Shown piece after piece: positions 48,500 through 61,734 of a DNA stretch of 64,000 nt (within the stretch, counting starts at the first letter, position 1; the number at the start of each line of letters is the position of its first letter). The DNA lies in assembly GCF_006345805.1 (NCBI RefSeq), contig NC_043013.1:49290001-49354000 (forward strand), in the 5' to 3' direction. The position numbers were made by a program, and so were the translations under genes. The notes beneath the pieces are model-generated. The model was given only the letters and a program-made list of their open reading frames with translations. It searched no databases and was not told the DNA's origin. Source of the stretch: Octopus sinensis (Eukaryota).

Positions 48500-48895
48500 T
48501 ACTCTTTTACTGGTTTCAGTCATTTGACTGCGGCCATGCTGGAGCACCGCCTTTAAACGAGCAACTCGACCCCGGGACTTATTCTTTTGTAAGCCCAGTA
48601 CTTATTCTATCGGTCTCTTTTACCGACCCGCTAAGTGACGGAGACATAAACACACTAGCATCGGTTGTCAAGCAATGCTAGGGGGACAAACACAGACACA
48701 CAAACATACACGCACACATATGTATATATACATATACGACAGGCTTCTTTCAGTTTCCGTCTACCAAATCCCCTCGCAAGGCTTTGGTCGGCCCGGGGCT
48801 ATAGTAGAAGACACTCTCCCAAGGTGCCACACAGTGGGACTGAACCCGGAACCATGTGGTTGGTTAGCAAGCTACTTACCACACAGCCACTCCTG
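48500..48895 (-). mobile_element. SINE family A
   Basis: rc copy. Confidence 0.9.
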
Positions 48896-49841
48896 AAGGG
48901 AGGGGAGAGAAAATAGTAATACGGTGAAGGAGAGGTGGAGAGTGAAAGAGTGAGAAAGTAATAACCGTTTGAGAAAGAAGAACGCGGCGTGTATCTTGTT
49001 TTCTCAACATATGAATGAGAAACAGCCATTTGACTCGGTGTGAGACTATGTGTATATGTGTGTGTATGAAAAGGGGGCTATGTGAAAAGTTTGTTGTGTG
49101 TATGCGTACGCGTGTCTGTGTGTTTGTGAATGTGTGAGGGTGCGTGTGTAATAGACACTCACACGTATAACTCTGAAAATAAAAACTGACATCATTTCAA
49201 TTCTGTTTGTGTATGTGTGAGTATATGTGTATGTGTGTGTATGTGTGTATGTGTGTGTATGTGTTTGAAAAAGGGAAGTATGTGAATGTTTGTGTGTGAT
49301 GCTTGTGCGTGTGTGTGTGTGTGTGCGTAATGGAAGCGTACAACTCTGAAAAGAAAAACTGACATCATTTCAGTTTCTGTTTGAGTATGTGTATGTATGT
49401 GTGTGCTTGATAAATATGTGAATACTTGTATCTGTGATTATTCTGTACTTCATTATGTAACCTTGTTTAGATAACAATTATCCATCAATTATAAGCGGCA
49501 TGGGGGTCAGTCAATAAATAGATGTAGAAATATCAAAACGATAGTAAAATAATTAAATTAATTAAATGTAAAAATCCACCGTCTCACAATCACAGATGAA
49601 CCAAAATTAAAATACCCACAATATCTTAAAAATCAAATTGAAAATTAAGAAATAATTTAATTTTTTAACTTTTAAAATCAATTTTTAAAAAAAACAATGC
49701 AGCAGGAACTAACTTGAGTAGTAAATACAAAAGGTGAAACCGAAATGATCAAATTCCTAAAAACCACTAAATCAAAATAAGACCATATAGAATTAACTAT
49801 TTACTACTCTGTTATTTCAGACTTGGGTAATATTCGAAATC

Positions 49842-50086
49842 TTGGATTTCTTTAGTTTCGATCACAGATTTTTAATTATTTTTCTTTTACTAACTATGCC
49901 GTTGCTTGGTTAAAATTACCAAAATACAACTTTAACACGAAATAACTTCTGAAATACGAAATTTTGTCAAAAATGTAGAAAGTAAACCGTGTTCATCGTG
50001 AGAAATTACACCAGTATACGAAGTTTCAAACTGTTTAGTTCTAAAAAATAATTTTTAAATCGGTGATCGAAACTGAAGAGATCCAA
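49842..50086. mobile_element. MITE related to the Harbinger-type element at 37488
   Basis: Imperfect TIR ttggatttctttagtttcgatcac/gtgatcgaaactgaagagatccaa; shared internal accagtatacg.agttt. Confidence 0.55.
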
Positions 50087-51047
50087 AATCTTTCCTCTTC
50101 AGCTGCCGCTCGCTCTTTTAATCATATTCCATTTCTCAGAGTCTTTTCTGGTTGCTTAAGCTCCCCACCTTAATATAGTTTAAGCAATAAATGAAGATGA
50201 TAAACCCATATTTCTGTTTAGTGAAATATTAACACATTCTAAGCAATGGGAGGGGAATAGCACGTGTGTTTCACAGAAAACAGAACAAAGCAACATTTCA
50301 TTTTGCGGTGCTATTTAACAGGATTTTATCACTTTGTGAATGTACATATTTCATCAACTGTTAAATGTCAGAATATATTTAGCCTGGTGGATTGCTGAAA
50401 TGTAGCGAAGAGAAAACATTTCTTCCACTGTGCTTATTGCTTAACATGAATAATTTTAACGACAGCAGCAAAATCAACAATGAAAGCGATTAGAATCACT
50501 AATACTCGTAGGAAAATAATTAGAATAATCTCAAAAATTATAATCTGACATAAATTATCTAAGAAAATAATCAAGTAAAATATGAATGACCGGATTTAAG
50601 ACAAAGTATTATTACATTAATAAAATGTGTTGGTGTGTATGTGCGCGTTACAAAAAGGTATTCACGTTAGATTCAGATTGAATTACCTGTCATTCTTTGC
50701 ATATTAACAGTACAGTTCCCTTTGAATGGTTACTCCCTTCTTATCTTAAAAATTCTAAAGGCAAATCCCAAGTTCCTTAGAAATCAATGAGAAAGAAAGC
50801 AAAAGGAGAATGCATTGCCCTGATGTATAAATAGGACCGTGTTAAAGTTGCTATGTTAATTGGTATGAAGGTTTCAGATATCTTGTTTCGTGCCTGATCC
50901 TGAACTTATACATCAGCAGCAATAATATCAAGTGACTTATTAAATAGAGAACCGCCATTATTTTGCATGGTGCTTCTATTTGGAGGTGCTGCATACTTTT
51001 ACGATGCACTCTGAAGTGTTTATGTGTTTCTAGTTTTATTATAACCA

Positions 51048-51635
51048 GGCGGCGAGCAAGCAGAAACGTTAGCACGCCGGGTGAAATGCGTAGCCGTATT
51101 TCGTCTGCCGCTACGTTCTGAGTACAAATTCCGCCGAGGTCGACTTTGCCTTTCATCCTTTCGGGGTCGATAAATTGAGTATCAATTACGCACTGGGGTC
51201 GATGTAATCGACTTAATCCGTATGTCTGTCCTTGTTTGTCCCTTCTGTGTTTAGCCCCTTGTGGGTAGTAAAGAAATACGTATTTCGTCTGCTGCTATGT
51301 TCTGAGTTCAAATTCCGCCGAGGTCGACTTTGCCTTTCATCCTTTCGGGGCCGATAAATTGAGTACCAGTTACGCACTGGGGTCGATGTAATCGACTTAA
51401 TACCTATGTCTGTCCTTGTTTGTCCCTTCTATGTTTAGCCCCTTGTGGGTAATAAAGAAATAGGTATTTCGACCGTCTTTCCGTTCTGAGTTCAAATTCC
51501 ACCGAGATCAATTTGCTTTTCATCCTTTTGGGGGTCGATAAATTAGTACTAGTTGAGCACTAGCGTCGATGTAATGGACTTACTCCCTCGCCCAAAATTG
51601 CTGGCCTTGCTCCAAACTTTGAAACCATGATTTCC
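51048..51635 (+). mobile_element. SINE family C trimer (third unit has the alternative C2 tail)
   Basis: Junctions at 51278/9 and 51462/3, 184 nt apart. Confidence 0.85.
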
Positions 51636-51644
51636 AACTATAAA

Positions 51645-52260
51645 GGCGGTGAGCTGGCAGAATCGTTAGCGCGCCGGGCAAAATGCTTAGCGATATTTCT
51701 CCCGTTGCGACGGTTCTAAGATCAAGTTCCGTCAAGGTCAACATGACTTTTCATCCTTTCGGGGTCGATAAATTAAGTACCAGTTGAGTACTGGGATCGA
51801 TCTAATCGCCTTAACCCCTCCCCTAAAATTTCAGACCTTGTGCCTATAGTAGAAACGCTTATTATTATTATCAAGGCGGTGAGCTGGCAGAAACCTTAGC
51901 ACGCCGGGCGAAATGCTTAGCGGTATTTCGTCTGCCGTTACGTTCTGAGTTCAAATTCCGCCGAGGTCGACTTTGCCTTTCATCCTTTCAGGGTCAATTA
52001 AATAAGTACCAGGTACGCACTGGGTCGATATAATCGATTTAATCCGTTTGTTTGTCCTCTCTGTGTTTAGCACCTTGTGGGTAGTAAAGAAATAGAAATA
52101 GGTGTTTCGCTCGTTGATATATTCTGAGTTCAAATTCCAATGCTTTTCATCCGTTCGTGGTCGATAAAATAAGTACCAGTTGGGCACTGAGGTTGTTGTA
52201 ATCGATTAGCTCCCAACCCCAAATTCCAAGCCTTGTGCCTGTAGTAGAAAGGATTATCAT
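51645..52260 (+). mobile_element. Cluster of SINE C/C2 copies
   Basis: Heads at about 51645 and 51874; tails ccttgtgcct.tagtagaaa followed by (ATT/CAT)n. Confidence 0.8.
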
Positions 52261-52352
52261 CATCATCATCATCATCATCATTATTATTATTATTATCATT
52301 ATTATTATTATTATTATTGTTATTATTATTATTATTATTGTTATTGTTATTA

Positions 52353-52398
<46 letters not shown>

Positions 52399-52581
52399 CG
52401 GTAGAAGATAGAATGAGCTAAGGGCCGAGATTTTCGTTCCTTGGCACTTACCAAACGGTTTGAAATCAAGGAATTACATTTATATACCGGTGATAGCATT
52501 TCTCTAGATCGTTCTGGAACAAATTATAAGAACAATTACATTGTCACGTGGCTAATGAATGAATAAATAAATAAACAAATA

Positions 52582-52744
52582 GGTGCAGGAGTGGCTGTGT
52601 GGTAAGTAGCTTGTTTACCAACCACGTGGTTCCGGGTTCAGTCCCACTGCGTGGCACCTTGGGTAAGTGTCTTCTGCTATAGCCTCGGGCCGACCAAAGC
52701 CTTGTGAGTGGATTTAGTAGACGGAAACTGAAAGAAGCCTGTCG

Positions 52745-52814
<70 letters not shown>

Positions 52815-53008
52815 TGTGTCTTTTTTTGTCCCCCTAGCATTGCTTGACAACCGATGCTGGTGTGTTTATGTCCCCGTCACTTAGCGGTTCGGCAATAGAG
52901 ACCGATAGGATAAGTACTGGGCTTACAAAGAATAAGTCCCGGGGTCGAGTTGCTCGATTAAAGGCGGTGCTCCAGCATGGCCGCAGTCAAATGATTGAAA
53001 CAAGTAAA
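52582..53008 (+). mobile_element. SINE family A
   Basis: Full copy. Confidence 0.9.
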
Positions 53009-53755
53009 AAAAAAATACAAATTTTTTTTTTAAATGGGAAGATTTGTATGCATACCTACGCACACACACGCACGCATTAACGTAAGTGCTGTGATTATGT
53101 ACGTATGCATATAGAAACAGTGTGCATACGAATACACACATCTACACATGCCTAGACACATACACGTTCACATATGCACACGTATTCAAGCATTCACACA
53201 CTCACGCGTACACATAAGCATCTTTTATATATTTTAGTCATTGAACTGCAGCCATTCTAGGGCACCATCTTGATGGGTTTTCAGTCAAACGATTCGATCC
53301 CAGTACTTTTTTTAAAAAACATGGTACTTATCGGTCTCTTTTGCCGAACCGTTAAGTTACGGAGACGTAAATAAACTAGCACAGATTGAAAGAGCTGAAA
53401 ACATATAGCTTTCTCTTTGGTCAAGCTCTCCATCAACTTAATCAAATTTAACTTGGGAAGAAAAATATTGCAAATTTTCTGAAAAGCGGATGTGAGTGGT
53501 GAGTATAGCCCCGTGCGAATGGAACTGCTCTGAACATGCATCTCAAAGAGGCAGCTTGATCGTGGCTAAAAAGTCTTCCGCGATCTCTCTACTTTCGAGG
53601 AGTTTGTCTTCCTTTGAATTTTCTTTTTTGATTTTGTTATTTCCTTTGCGTGTTTTCCTACGGTATCTCTATTGTAGCTTTTTGTACCATCTTCGGACAG
53701 TTTGTCAACACTTGTACTTAATAAAGACAACATCATTATTATTATAAGACACCAA

Positions 53756-53810
<55 letters not shown>

Positions 53811-53813
<3 letters not shown>

Positions 53814-54086
53814 ATTATGGCCAGTGTGAAAGGACTAATTCTGAGCGTGCACCTGTGAAAAATTAAAGGGGAGGGGCTCTTACCCTGTTGATCAGGCACC
53901 CGTGGCTTTTGTGGGCTTTTCCACGAGGACCTTAAAGCGCCTCCCCCCCCCCTATTGAGAATTTTAATTTGCTTAATGTTTTTGTTAAGCTTTATTTCGT
54001 CCCGGTTTTGTCTTTTATGTTGTTGCATGTCCTTTAATGTTATTCTATGTGACCCTTGTGGCTAATAAAAGAATAAATTATTATTA

Positions 54087-54123
<37 letters not shown>

Positions 54124-54405
54124 TATTATTATTATTATTAATATTATGGCCAGTGTGAAAGGACTAATTCTGAGCGTGCACCTGTGAAAAATTAAAGGGG
54201 AAGGGCTCTTACCCTGTTGATCAGGCACCCGTGGCTTTTGTGGGGTTTTCCACGAGGACCTTAAAGCGCCTCCCCCCCCCCTATTGAGAATTTTAATTTG
54301 CTTAATGTTTTTGTTAAGCTTTATTTCGTCCCGGTTTTGTCTTTTATGTTGTTGCATGTCCTTTAATGTTATTCTATGTGACCCTTGTGGCTAATAAAAG
54401 AATAA

Positions 54406-54447
<42 letters not shown>

Positions 54448-54450
54448 GAC
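53811..54450 (+). repeat. Tandem duplication (329-bp period) of a LINE-like 3' end with (TTA)n tail
   Basis: aatattatggccagtgtg... at 53811 and 54140; ends cccttgtggctaataaaagaataaa(tta)n. Confidence 0.85.
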
Positions 54451-54990
54451 TGAGAGAGCAGTGCATGCCATCAAAGTGACGCTGAGGTAAAATGTACGAA
54501 GCCCAGTATACCCATCATGACTAACCGTCTGATAAGGGTACACTAGGCACATGGATCACAACCATATGTGCGAGACATGGTGATCTCATATCAAGATAAA
54601 CAGCACATGACCTTGCAAATGGGGCCCAGTTAGAATTTTCTTCTGGTTGAGTAGCCCATCCCACACAAAAGGTCCCTGAATAAGGGTTGTTTAAGGATGT
54701 TGAACGAACCACCCATGTTTCCAGAGGTGAACTATTCAAACTCCAAAGAATCCCTCTCAACACATGGCTATGGATGCCACTACTTCTGCTCGTGATCAGA
54801 GATCATCAGCCACTAAGTGACATGCTCAACTGGTTATGGTCAAACAACTGACAAGCAAATATGTGGTATTGAGCAGAATATTTGCTGTAGCCCATCTTTT
54901 ATACCAAGACAAAACAATGTACATGGTAACACTTCCAATCAGTTAAGATCAGAAGCCACGAGAGCCACTGCCTGGTACTGCATCAGGGCA
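54450..54990. repeat. Unclassified interspersed repeat between (TTA)n tracts
   Basis: Complex sequence flanked by TTA arrays; I recognise it as an octopus high-copy repeat from memory only. Confidence 0.4.
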
Positions 54991-54994
54991 TTTA

Positions 54995-55032
<38 letters not shown>

Positions 55033-55245
55033 AAGGCAGCTAGGTGGCAGAATCGTTAGTACGCCAGGCTAAAATGCTTAGCGGTATTTCACCTGTCCTT
55101 ACGTTTTGAGTTCAAATTCTGCCGATGTCAACTTTGCCTTTCCCCCTTTCATCGGGGGAAAGGCAAATAAGTACCAGTTGAAAACTGGGGTCGATGTGAT
55201 AGACTTACCCCACAAATTTCATGCCTTGTGCCTATCGTAGAAACG
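55033..55245 (+). mobile_element. SINE C2
   Basis: ggcagctaggtggcagaatcgttag...ccttgtgcctatcgtagaaacgatt(att)n. Confidence 0.75.
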
Positions 55246-55319
<74 letters not shown>

Positions 55320-55321
<2 letters not shown>

Positions 55322-55654
55322 TATGTTTGACTTTTGCTTTATATTTGTACAAGTTGGCTCCAAGTCTCACAGAGACCTCAAGAGACAACAGGTTGGAAGT
55401 TTGTGTTGTTGTTATGCCTAGTGTGCCATATATTTGGGGTTTTTTTGGTGTTGTACTAGTGAATGTCCAAAAAAAAACCGAAAATTATGTTTGTTTTAAA
55501 CCCTGAGATTACATAGAAAGTATTTTGCGCAGGATATGAGCAGTTCCCATGAGCACTATCTTTTGAATTTCTGCCATTTTGGGGTTTCCTGGTATCTGAG
55601 TTAGGTAGCAATCAGCCCCTTTTGCTATCATTCTCAGGGCACCTATGACAACAG

Positions 55655-55660
<6 letters not shown>
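55320..55660 (-). mobile_element. R4/Dong-like 3' end with (AAT)n tail
   Basis: IPVVIGALRMIAKG..IPGNPKMAEIQKIVLMGTAHILRKILSM* plus 3'UTR. Confidence 0.85.
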
Positions 55661-55706
<46 letters not shown>

Positions 55707-55769
55707 CATATTGCTGCTACTACTACTACTACTATACTACTACTACTATTATTATTATTATTATAATAA

Positions 55770-55987
55770 AGGCATCGAGGTGTCAGAATCGTTAGCACGC
55801 TAAAGGAAATGTTTAGCAGTATTTCGCCCGTCGCTACGTTCTCAGTTCTAATTTATGCCAACGTCGACTTTGCCTTTCATACTTTCGGGGTTGGTAAATT
55901 AAGCACCGGTTACGCACTGGGGTCGATGTAATCGACTAGTCCCCTCCCAAAAAATGCCAGGCCTTGTGCCTATTGTAGAAAGGATTG

Positions 55988-55990
<3 letters not shown>
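55770..55990 (+). mobile_element. SINE C2
   Basis: Diverged copy with (CTA)n after the tail. Confidence 0.7.
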
Positions 55991-56021
<31 letters not shown>

Positions 56022-56022
<1 letters not shown>

Positions 56023-56235
56023 GTTTGACTTTTGCTTTATGCCTGTACAAGTTGGCTCCAAGTCTCACCCAGAGACCTCAAGAGACAACAGGTTGGAAGT
56101 TCATGTTGTTATGCCTAGTTTGCCATATATTTGGTTTTGTATTTAGTGTTGTACTAGTGAATGTCTAAAAAAACCATACGAAAATTATGTTTGTTTTAAA
56201 ACTTGAGATTACATAGAAAGTATTTTGCGTAGGAT
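56022..56235 (-). mobile_element. R4/Dong-like 3'UTR, second copy
   Basis: Matches 55322-55535. Confidence 0.8.
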
Positions 56236-56252
56236 TATTATTATTATTATTA

Positions 56253-56284
<32 letters not shown>

Positions 56285-56359
56285 TATTATTATTATTATT
56301 ATTATTATCATTATTATGCTAGTGCATGATAATTTAACCAGCGAGTATTTTATCATGAG

Positions 56360-57240
56360 GTTTAGTAGCAAGTTTTCTCAATCTCGAAAATCCTTCTTGC
56401 AGAATAAAGGATGATACTTTTTCTGCAGGTCGACAATACGAGTTTCACTTCCAATTTCTTTCAGTCTTTCAGGTAGTATTTGGGGTGATGTGTCAAGTAT
56501 GCCAATTACTACAAGAATAATTGTTGTCTTGGTATCCCAGTCTCCTCTGCTCTCTGGCTGGATCCGAACATTTCTCAATTTTTTCAGTTTCTTTGGAATC
56601 GACTCTTATTAGAGGGAATTGCAAAATCAATGATCTTACATAGTTTATTTTGTCTTCTTGCCTCAGTAGTATGGTCTACCTTTATGGCAAAATCCCACAA
56701 TAGCTTGTAATCTTCATTTTCTATCACAACCCCTAGTTCATGTTTCTTGTTCATACCACTTTTCTGTTGTTTCGAAGCCATACACTCGCTAACATCCCAA
56801 TGCACTCTTGACTATGCTGTCATGTCTGCGCTTGTACTCCCTTTATGCTAGTATACAGCACTCATTCAAAATGTGATTGATACTTTCGTCTCCTTTCCTA
56901 CAGATTCTATATTTGCTGTCTGGCTGAGATTTGTCGATCTTTGTCGTTATCAGATTTGTTTTAAGGGCTTGTTTCCGAGCGAATATAATTAGAGTTTCTG
57001 CTTCTTGTTTCAAATTCTCACCCGCCAATGAAAACCGGTTTGTTGCATGAATTGACCATGCAGTTTCATTTCTTTTCGTGTTGTTCTTTCTTATCTCTTT
57101 GAATTCACCTGCTGTTTAAGTCACTTTTGGGGTATCTCTAGCTACCGAACGTATTCTTTCTTTACATAGATAAGCTTCGTAGTCAGGGAGGCGGTTACCT
57201 GAAGCTAAACGCACCAATCCATGTATGCCAAACTTACAAA
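56360..57240 (-). mobile_element. R4/Dong-like zinc-knuckle/RLE relic
   Basis: LKQEAETLIIFARKQALKTN..YRICRKGDESINHILNEC; VIENEDYKLLWDF; CKIIDFAIP; IILVVIGILD. Confidence 0.8.
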
Positions 57241-57269
57241 GACCGAATTAGCGAATGAGTAAAGTGGCG

Positions 57270-58545
57270 TTTATTTGGGTCAATCGTCAAGAACAAATGG
57301 TGGTTTTTCCCAGAAAGGGACCATTAGAGTAGAAACAATTAGGTTTAGCAAGACCATAGCAAAAGAAACTAATAGAATAAAAAGAAACTTAGTGAGAAAT
57401 TTAGAAGTGGCACTTGAGAAAAACATCGCAACCGAGGTGCACACAGTGAGATTGGCCCTCGGTCAACTTTTCAGCGCGAAGCTATATTGTCAGAGTTAAC
57501 AATCGTGCTTTAAGACATGGGAGAACGAAAGCTGCTGATAGTCCGAGTAGCAGAAACGTTAGCACGCCGGGCGAAATGCATAGCGATATTTCGTCTGCTG
57601 CTACATTCTGAGTTCAAATTCTACCGAGGTCGACTTTGCCTTTCATCCTTTCGGGGTCGATTAAATAAGCACCAGTTACGCATTGGGGTCGATATAATCG
57701 ACTTAATCCGTTTGTCTGTCCTTGTTTGTCCCCTCTGTGTGTAGACCCTTGTGGGTAGTAAAGAAATAAGAAGCGCAAAATGGCAAAAATTCGGTCTTTA
57801 ACGTACCATGATGGATGCATGCTATGTTCACAGCTTTTCATTAGCTCTTCTCTTGACTGTTTGGGATGAATGACGGACCGGAACATCGGATGGGTTTCAG
57901 TGCCTACCTCGACAGCCTGCCGCGGCTCTCAACAAAGGAGACGGTGTGTTGTGAAAAGCTGATAACTGTCATAGAAATACCTGAAGCGAGGATTAAATGG
58001 GTGGGGGAAAATAACATAGTTTGGATGGTCTGCCCTACGGCTTTTACTTTTATTAAGTCAGGCTTGATTGGAGACCTCCTAGTGGATATCTACTACAACT
58101 GGTAACATAGCGGGAGAATTCCTAGTTCTGTATCGAGGAGCGGAAGCATGGTTAAGACAGGACCTAAACAAGGAGGATAAAATAGATCATTTTAAACTTA
58201 TAACACAGATTCCAAAATTTTTTTCAGGATTTTAGCTTGTCGTCGAGGGTTGGACTAGTGATGCGTAAACGTGTAGTATCTCGAATTGATCTATCCACGA
58301 CAACCTCCAACTCATGCGATACATCAGAGAAAGGGTAAGCAAAAAACCTGGCATGGGTGGGGCCGTGATCATCTTGGGTCAATTTAAAGCTTTCGATAAA
58401 GTCGACCACCAATACTTTGCGGCTGTTCTCACGGCGGCCGGTTTCGGTCCTGCCTTTTGCAGTGGGATAACCGGAACTTACAGTGACATCTGCTCATTAG
58501 TTTGAGCGAATGGGCCCCTATCGGAACCATTCGGTATGGGGAATG
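57270..58545 (+). mobile_element. L1/Tx1-group LINE ORF2 relic, interrupted by SINE C (57530-57770)
   Basis: SAYLDSLPRLS..; MRYIRERVSKKPGMGGAVIILGQFKAFDKVDHQYFAAVLTAAGFGPAF. Confidence 0.8.
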
Positions 58546-58704
58546 CTATTCTGATGTGAAATATACATGACAAGGAATCTGTCAAATATGCATCCTATAC
58601 TATTTTTGAGAAAATTCTAAATGTTAAATTTTATTTCAATTGAAAAAGAAAACACGTCTGAAACAACTGTAGTGAACCTCAGCCCATTTGTGTTACTATT
58701 TCTA

Positions 58705-58771
<67 letters not shown>

Positions 58772-58833
58772 TGTGTGCGTGTGTGTGTGTGTGTGTTTGT
58801 GTGTGTGTGTATGTGTGTTTGTGTGTGTGTTTG

Positions 58834-58908
<75 letters not shown>

Positions 58909-58925
58909 GTGTGTGTGTGCGTATG
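58705..58925. repeat. (GT)n microsatellite
   Basis: Seen directly. Confidence 0.9.
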
Positions 58926-59287
58926 CACTTTGTGTTTATCATACTTCTTCAGTATGTCATAACCAGTAACATTGCTGAGTAGTAACCACACCACTTTCCT
59001 GGAAGTAGGCTGCATAATGATACTCTACGTGGAGCGCTTAAACTCACCAGGGGCAACCGCACGTCCGACTGTCCACACAGGAAATACTGCATATATATAC
59101 ACACGCCACACGTCTATATAAATACACACATATATGCAAGCAAGCATGCATGCATACATATATACATACATACATACATACATACATACATACATACATA
59201 CATACATACATACATACATACATACATACATACATACATACATACATACATACATACATACATACATACATACATACATACATGAGA

Positions 59288-59499
59288 TCGCCATGTTGAT
59301 TCGTTAGCTACTGCACGCATTTTTTTTCTCTCCTTCTTTCTGTGTTTTTCTCTCTCTCTGTATCTTTCTGTTGAAGAGCGTAGGCTCGAAACGTTAAAGA
59401 CTTGTTTTATTTATATTTCCTGAGCGCCATACTAATACAATTGTTCGTTTGTTTTCCACCTGCCTTCGTCTTTTGTTTATTTTCATAAAGCTTCCCGTT
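59288..59499 (+). mobile_element. Family-E element, copy 2, between (TACA)n tracts
   Basis: Homologous to 47427-47612; CTGTTGAAGAGCGTAGGCTCGAAACGTT. Confidence 0.7.
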
Positions 59500-60161
59500 A
59501 CATACATACATACATGCATACATGGTGGCTGCCCCCTCGTTATCGAGTATGGCCATTGCATGAAGCTTAATCAATGTTGTTATCGTGCAATGCCTGTGCA
59601 AGAAGAATTTTTTTTTAAAGTGAGGAAAGGCTGTGCATTGAGTCAATCCCACTCACTAAGCAACAGCAGCCATAATCCAAAAAGAAGAACAAGTCAACAT
59701 CATCGGTAACCACTGAGCCGCAGGTTTATGTCGGAGTTATCCCAGTTACCTGAGTTACCTTCTCCTAGAAAGATGCCCTAACAAAGACTGGGAGTCCTTC
59801 ACTCCCAATGGTTTAACCGCGCGATCGGGTATTCAGTCCGATTATTTCTATGTCCCCGCGCATGATACAGCCTTAAGACATACGTACATACACATAAATA
59901 CACACGCATATGAAACAATCCTGTATGTCTAAGAACAGAGCCGTATGTGCTTACAGATATTGACATGTCTATATAGGTTATGTCCCGTATTATGCACGTT
60001 CATGTGTCTTAATCAGCCGAAATTGCGAGGATGATCCGGTTCTTGACTGAAGATTGAGGGCTTCGAATGTCCCGTCCGTGTTTCTTGTATCGTCTTCCAA
60101 GTGTTTTGCGTTCTTGTCCCAGTTTGTATTTTTCTACATATAATAATAATAATATATATAT

Positions 60162-60214
<53 letters not shown>

Positions 60215-60479
60215 AAGGCGTTATGAGCCTCACTAGAATTTTGTATGATTTGGGTCAAAAGTGGTGATCGATTTCTTAAGTTGAGAGTGACGTCTTTTTT
60301 TTTTTCAAATATAGCAAAATCAATAATAGTTTCCTGACTTATATGAAATTATTCATCGAATTACAGTATAGGGTTATTAGGCTGTGAAAAATTCATAACC
60401 CTAATGTACATAATGTAGTCTCCTCCAAATCCGCATAAATTGCTACGCACGTCGTGGTTACCCGCCCGTCCTTATCCAC

Positions 60480-61340
60480 TCTGCTCTTTCCAGCGTCCGT
60501 AACGTTGATCACACCTCGCCCCTTACACCTCGCGTCCAGACGCCCCACACATTACATTCCCCTTCCCCTCACCGACTACCTACCATTCTGCCCCTTTCTT
60601 CCACCGCCTTCTATTTGACCCTGCCATTTCCTGTTTCTTCACCCTCACACCCATCCCCTCCTTCAGACGACCCTGGAACTTCCGTAGCTTTCTCGCCCAC
60701 TGTTCTTGTTCTCTTTCCACTACTCCAATCTCGGATTCCACCTTCCCGTCTCGGCTCCCGCTGTCACACCAGCCCTTTCATTTCTTATACCATCTTCCTT
60801 ACCGGACCCAACAACATCACCTTCCACGTTCCTGCTGTTGTACCTCCACCAATTTCGTCTACTCACCCCATTATTCCCCCTGGTCTCCCCTACATTAGGC
60901 AATAGATTTGTGGAGCATTTCAAAGATATATTTCTTTATTGTCCATAAGGGGCTAAACATAGAGAGGACAGACAAAGGGATTAAATCGATTACATCGACC
61001 CCAGTGCGTAACTGGTACTTAATTTATCGACCCCGAAAGGATGAAAGGCAAAGTTGACCTCGGCGGAATTTGAACTCACAACGTAACGGCAGACGAAATA
61101 CGGCTACGTATTTCGCCCGGCGTACTAACGTTTCTGCCAAAGATACCCGACTGGGCAGCAGATCGCCTGCATAGGTATCTCCGCTACGACAGCCACTCCG
61201 CTCGATCTCTCTCGGTACTTAGCTTGGCCATCATTCCTAGCTCTTCCGCCAGAGGGATCAGAAGATTATTTTTGTTTTGCGCATCAAACTTGTAGTCGTT
61301 TCTGCCTCAGGTCCATCCCAATTTCTCTTAACTTTTTTTA
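60480..61340 (+). mobile_element. Penelope-like element relic (linker and GIY-YIG), interrupted by SINE C (60935-61140, -)
   Basis: SFRRPWNFRSFL..RCHTSPFISYT..LTGPNNITFHV..LGNRFVEHFKDI. Confidence 0.7.
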
Positions 61341-61734
61341 TCTTCTACCAGCTCCTTTGCTTTTCTCTTCCTTGCCACCTGCTGCTCCATCATCACGCCC
61401 CACACCCGCATACCCCCACTCACCTTTCCCACACTTCTCCCAATCACACAAACCTCTGCCCTCTACCGCACTTTCACACCCTTCCTACATCCCACCAACC
61501 CTTCTTTCTCCACCACATAAACCAACACCTCTCACTGCCCACTTCACATGCACCCCCTTCCCCTCCAGCTTTCTTCCCCTTAATTTTCCCCATGGGGATG
61601 TGTACCGATGTATACATCGGTACACATCCCCACTCACACCTCTTACCTCTATCATAACACACATAACCCCTTACACACACACACACTTCCCAACATGCCT
61701 CCTTCCCCAAACTCTCATACAAACATATATATAT

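Noticed and set aside
60046-60077. CTGAAGA...GAATGTC as a hammerhead
   Set aside because: No stem I complement and GAAA is replaced; kept only as a supporting note.
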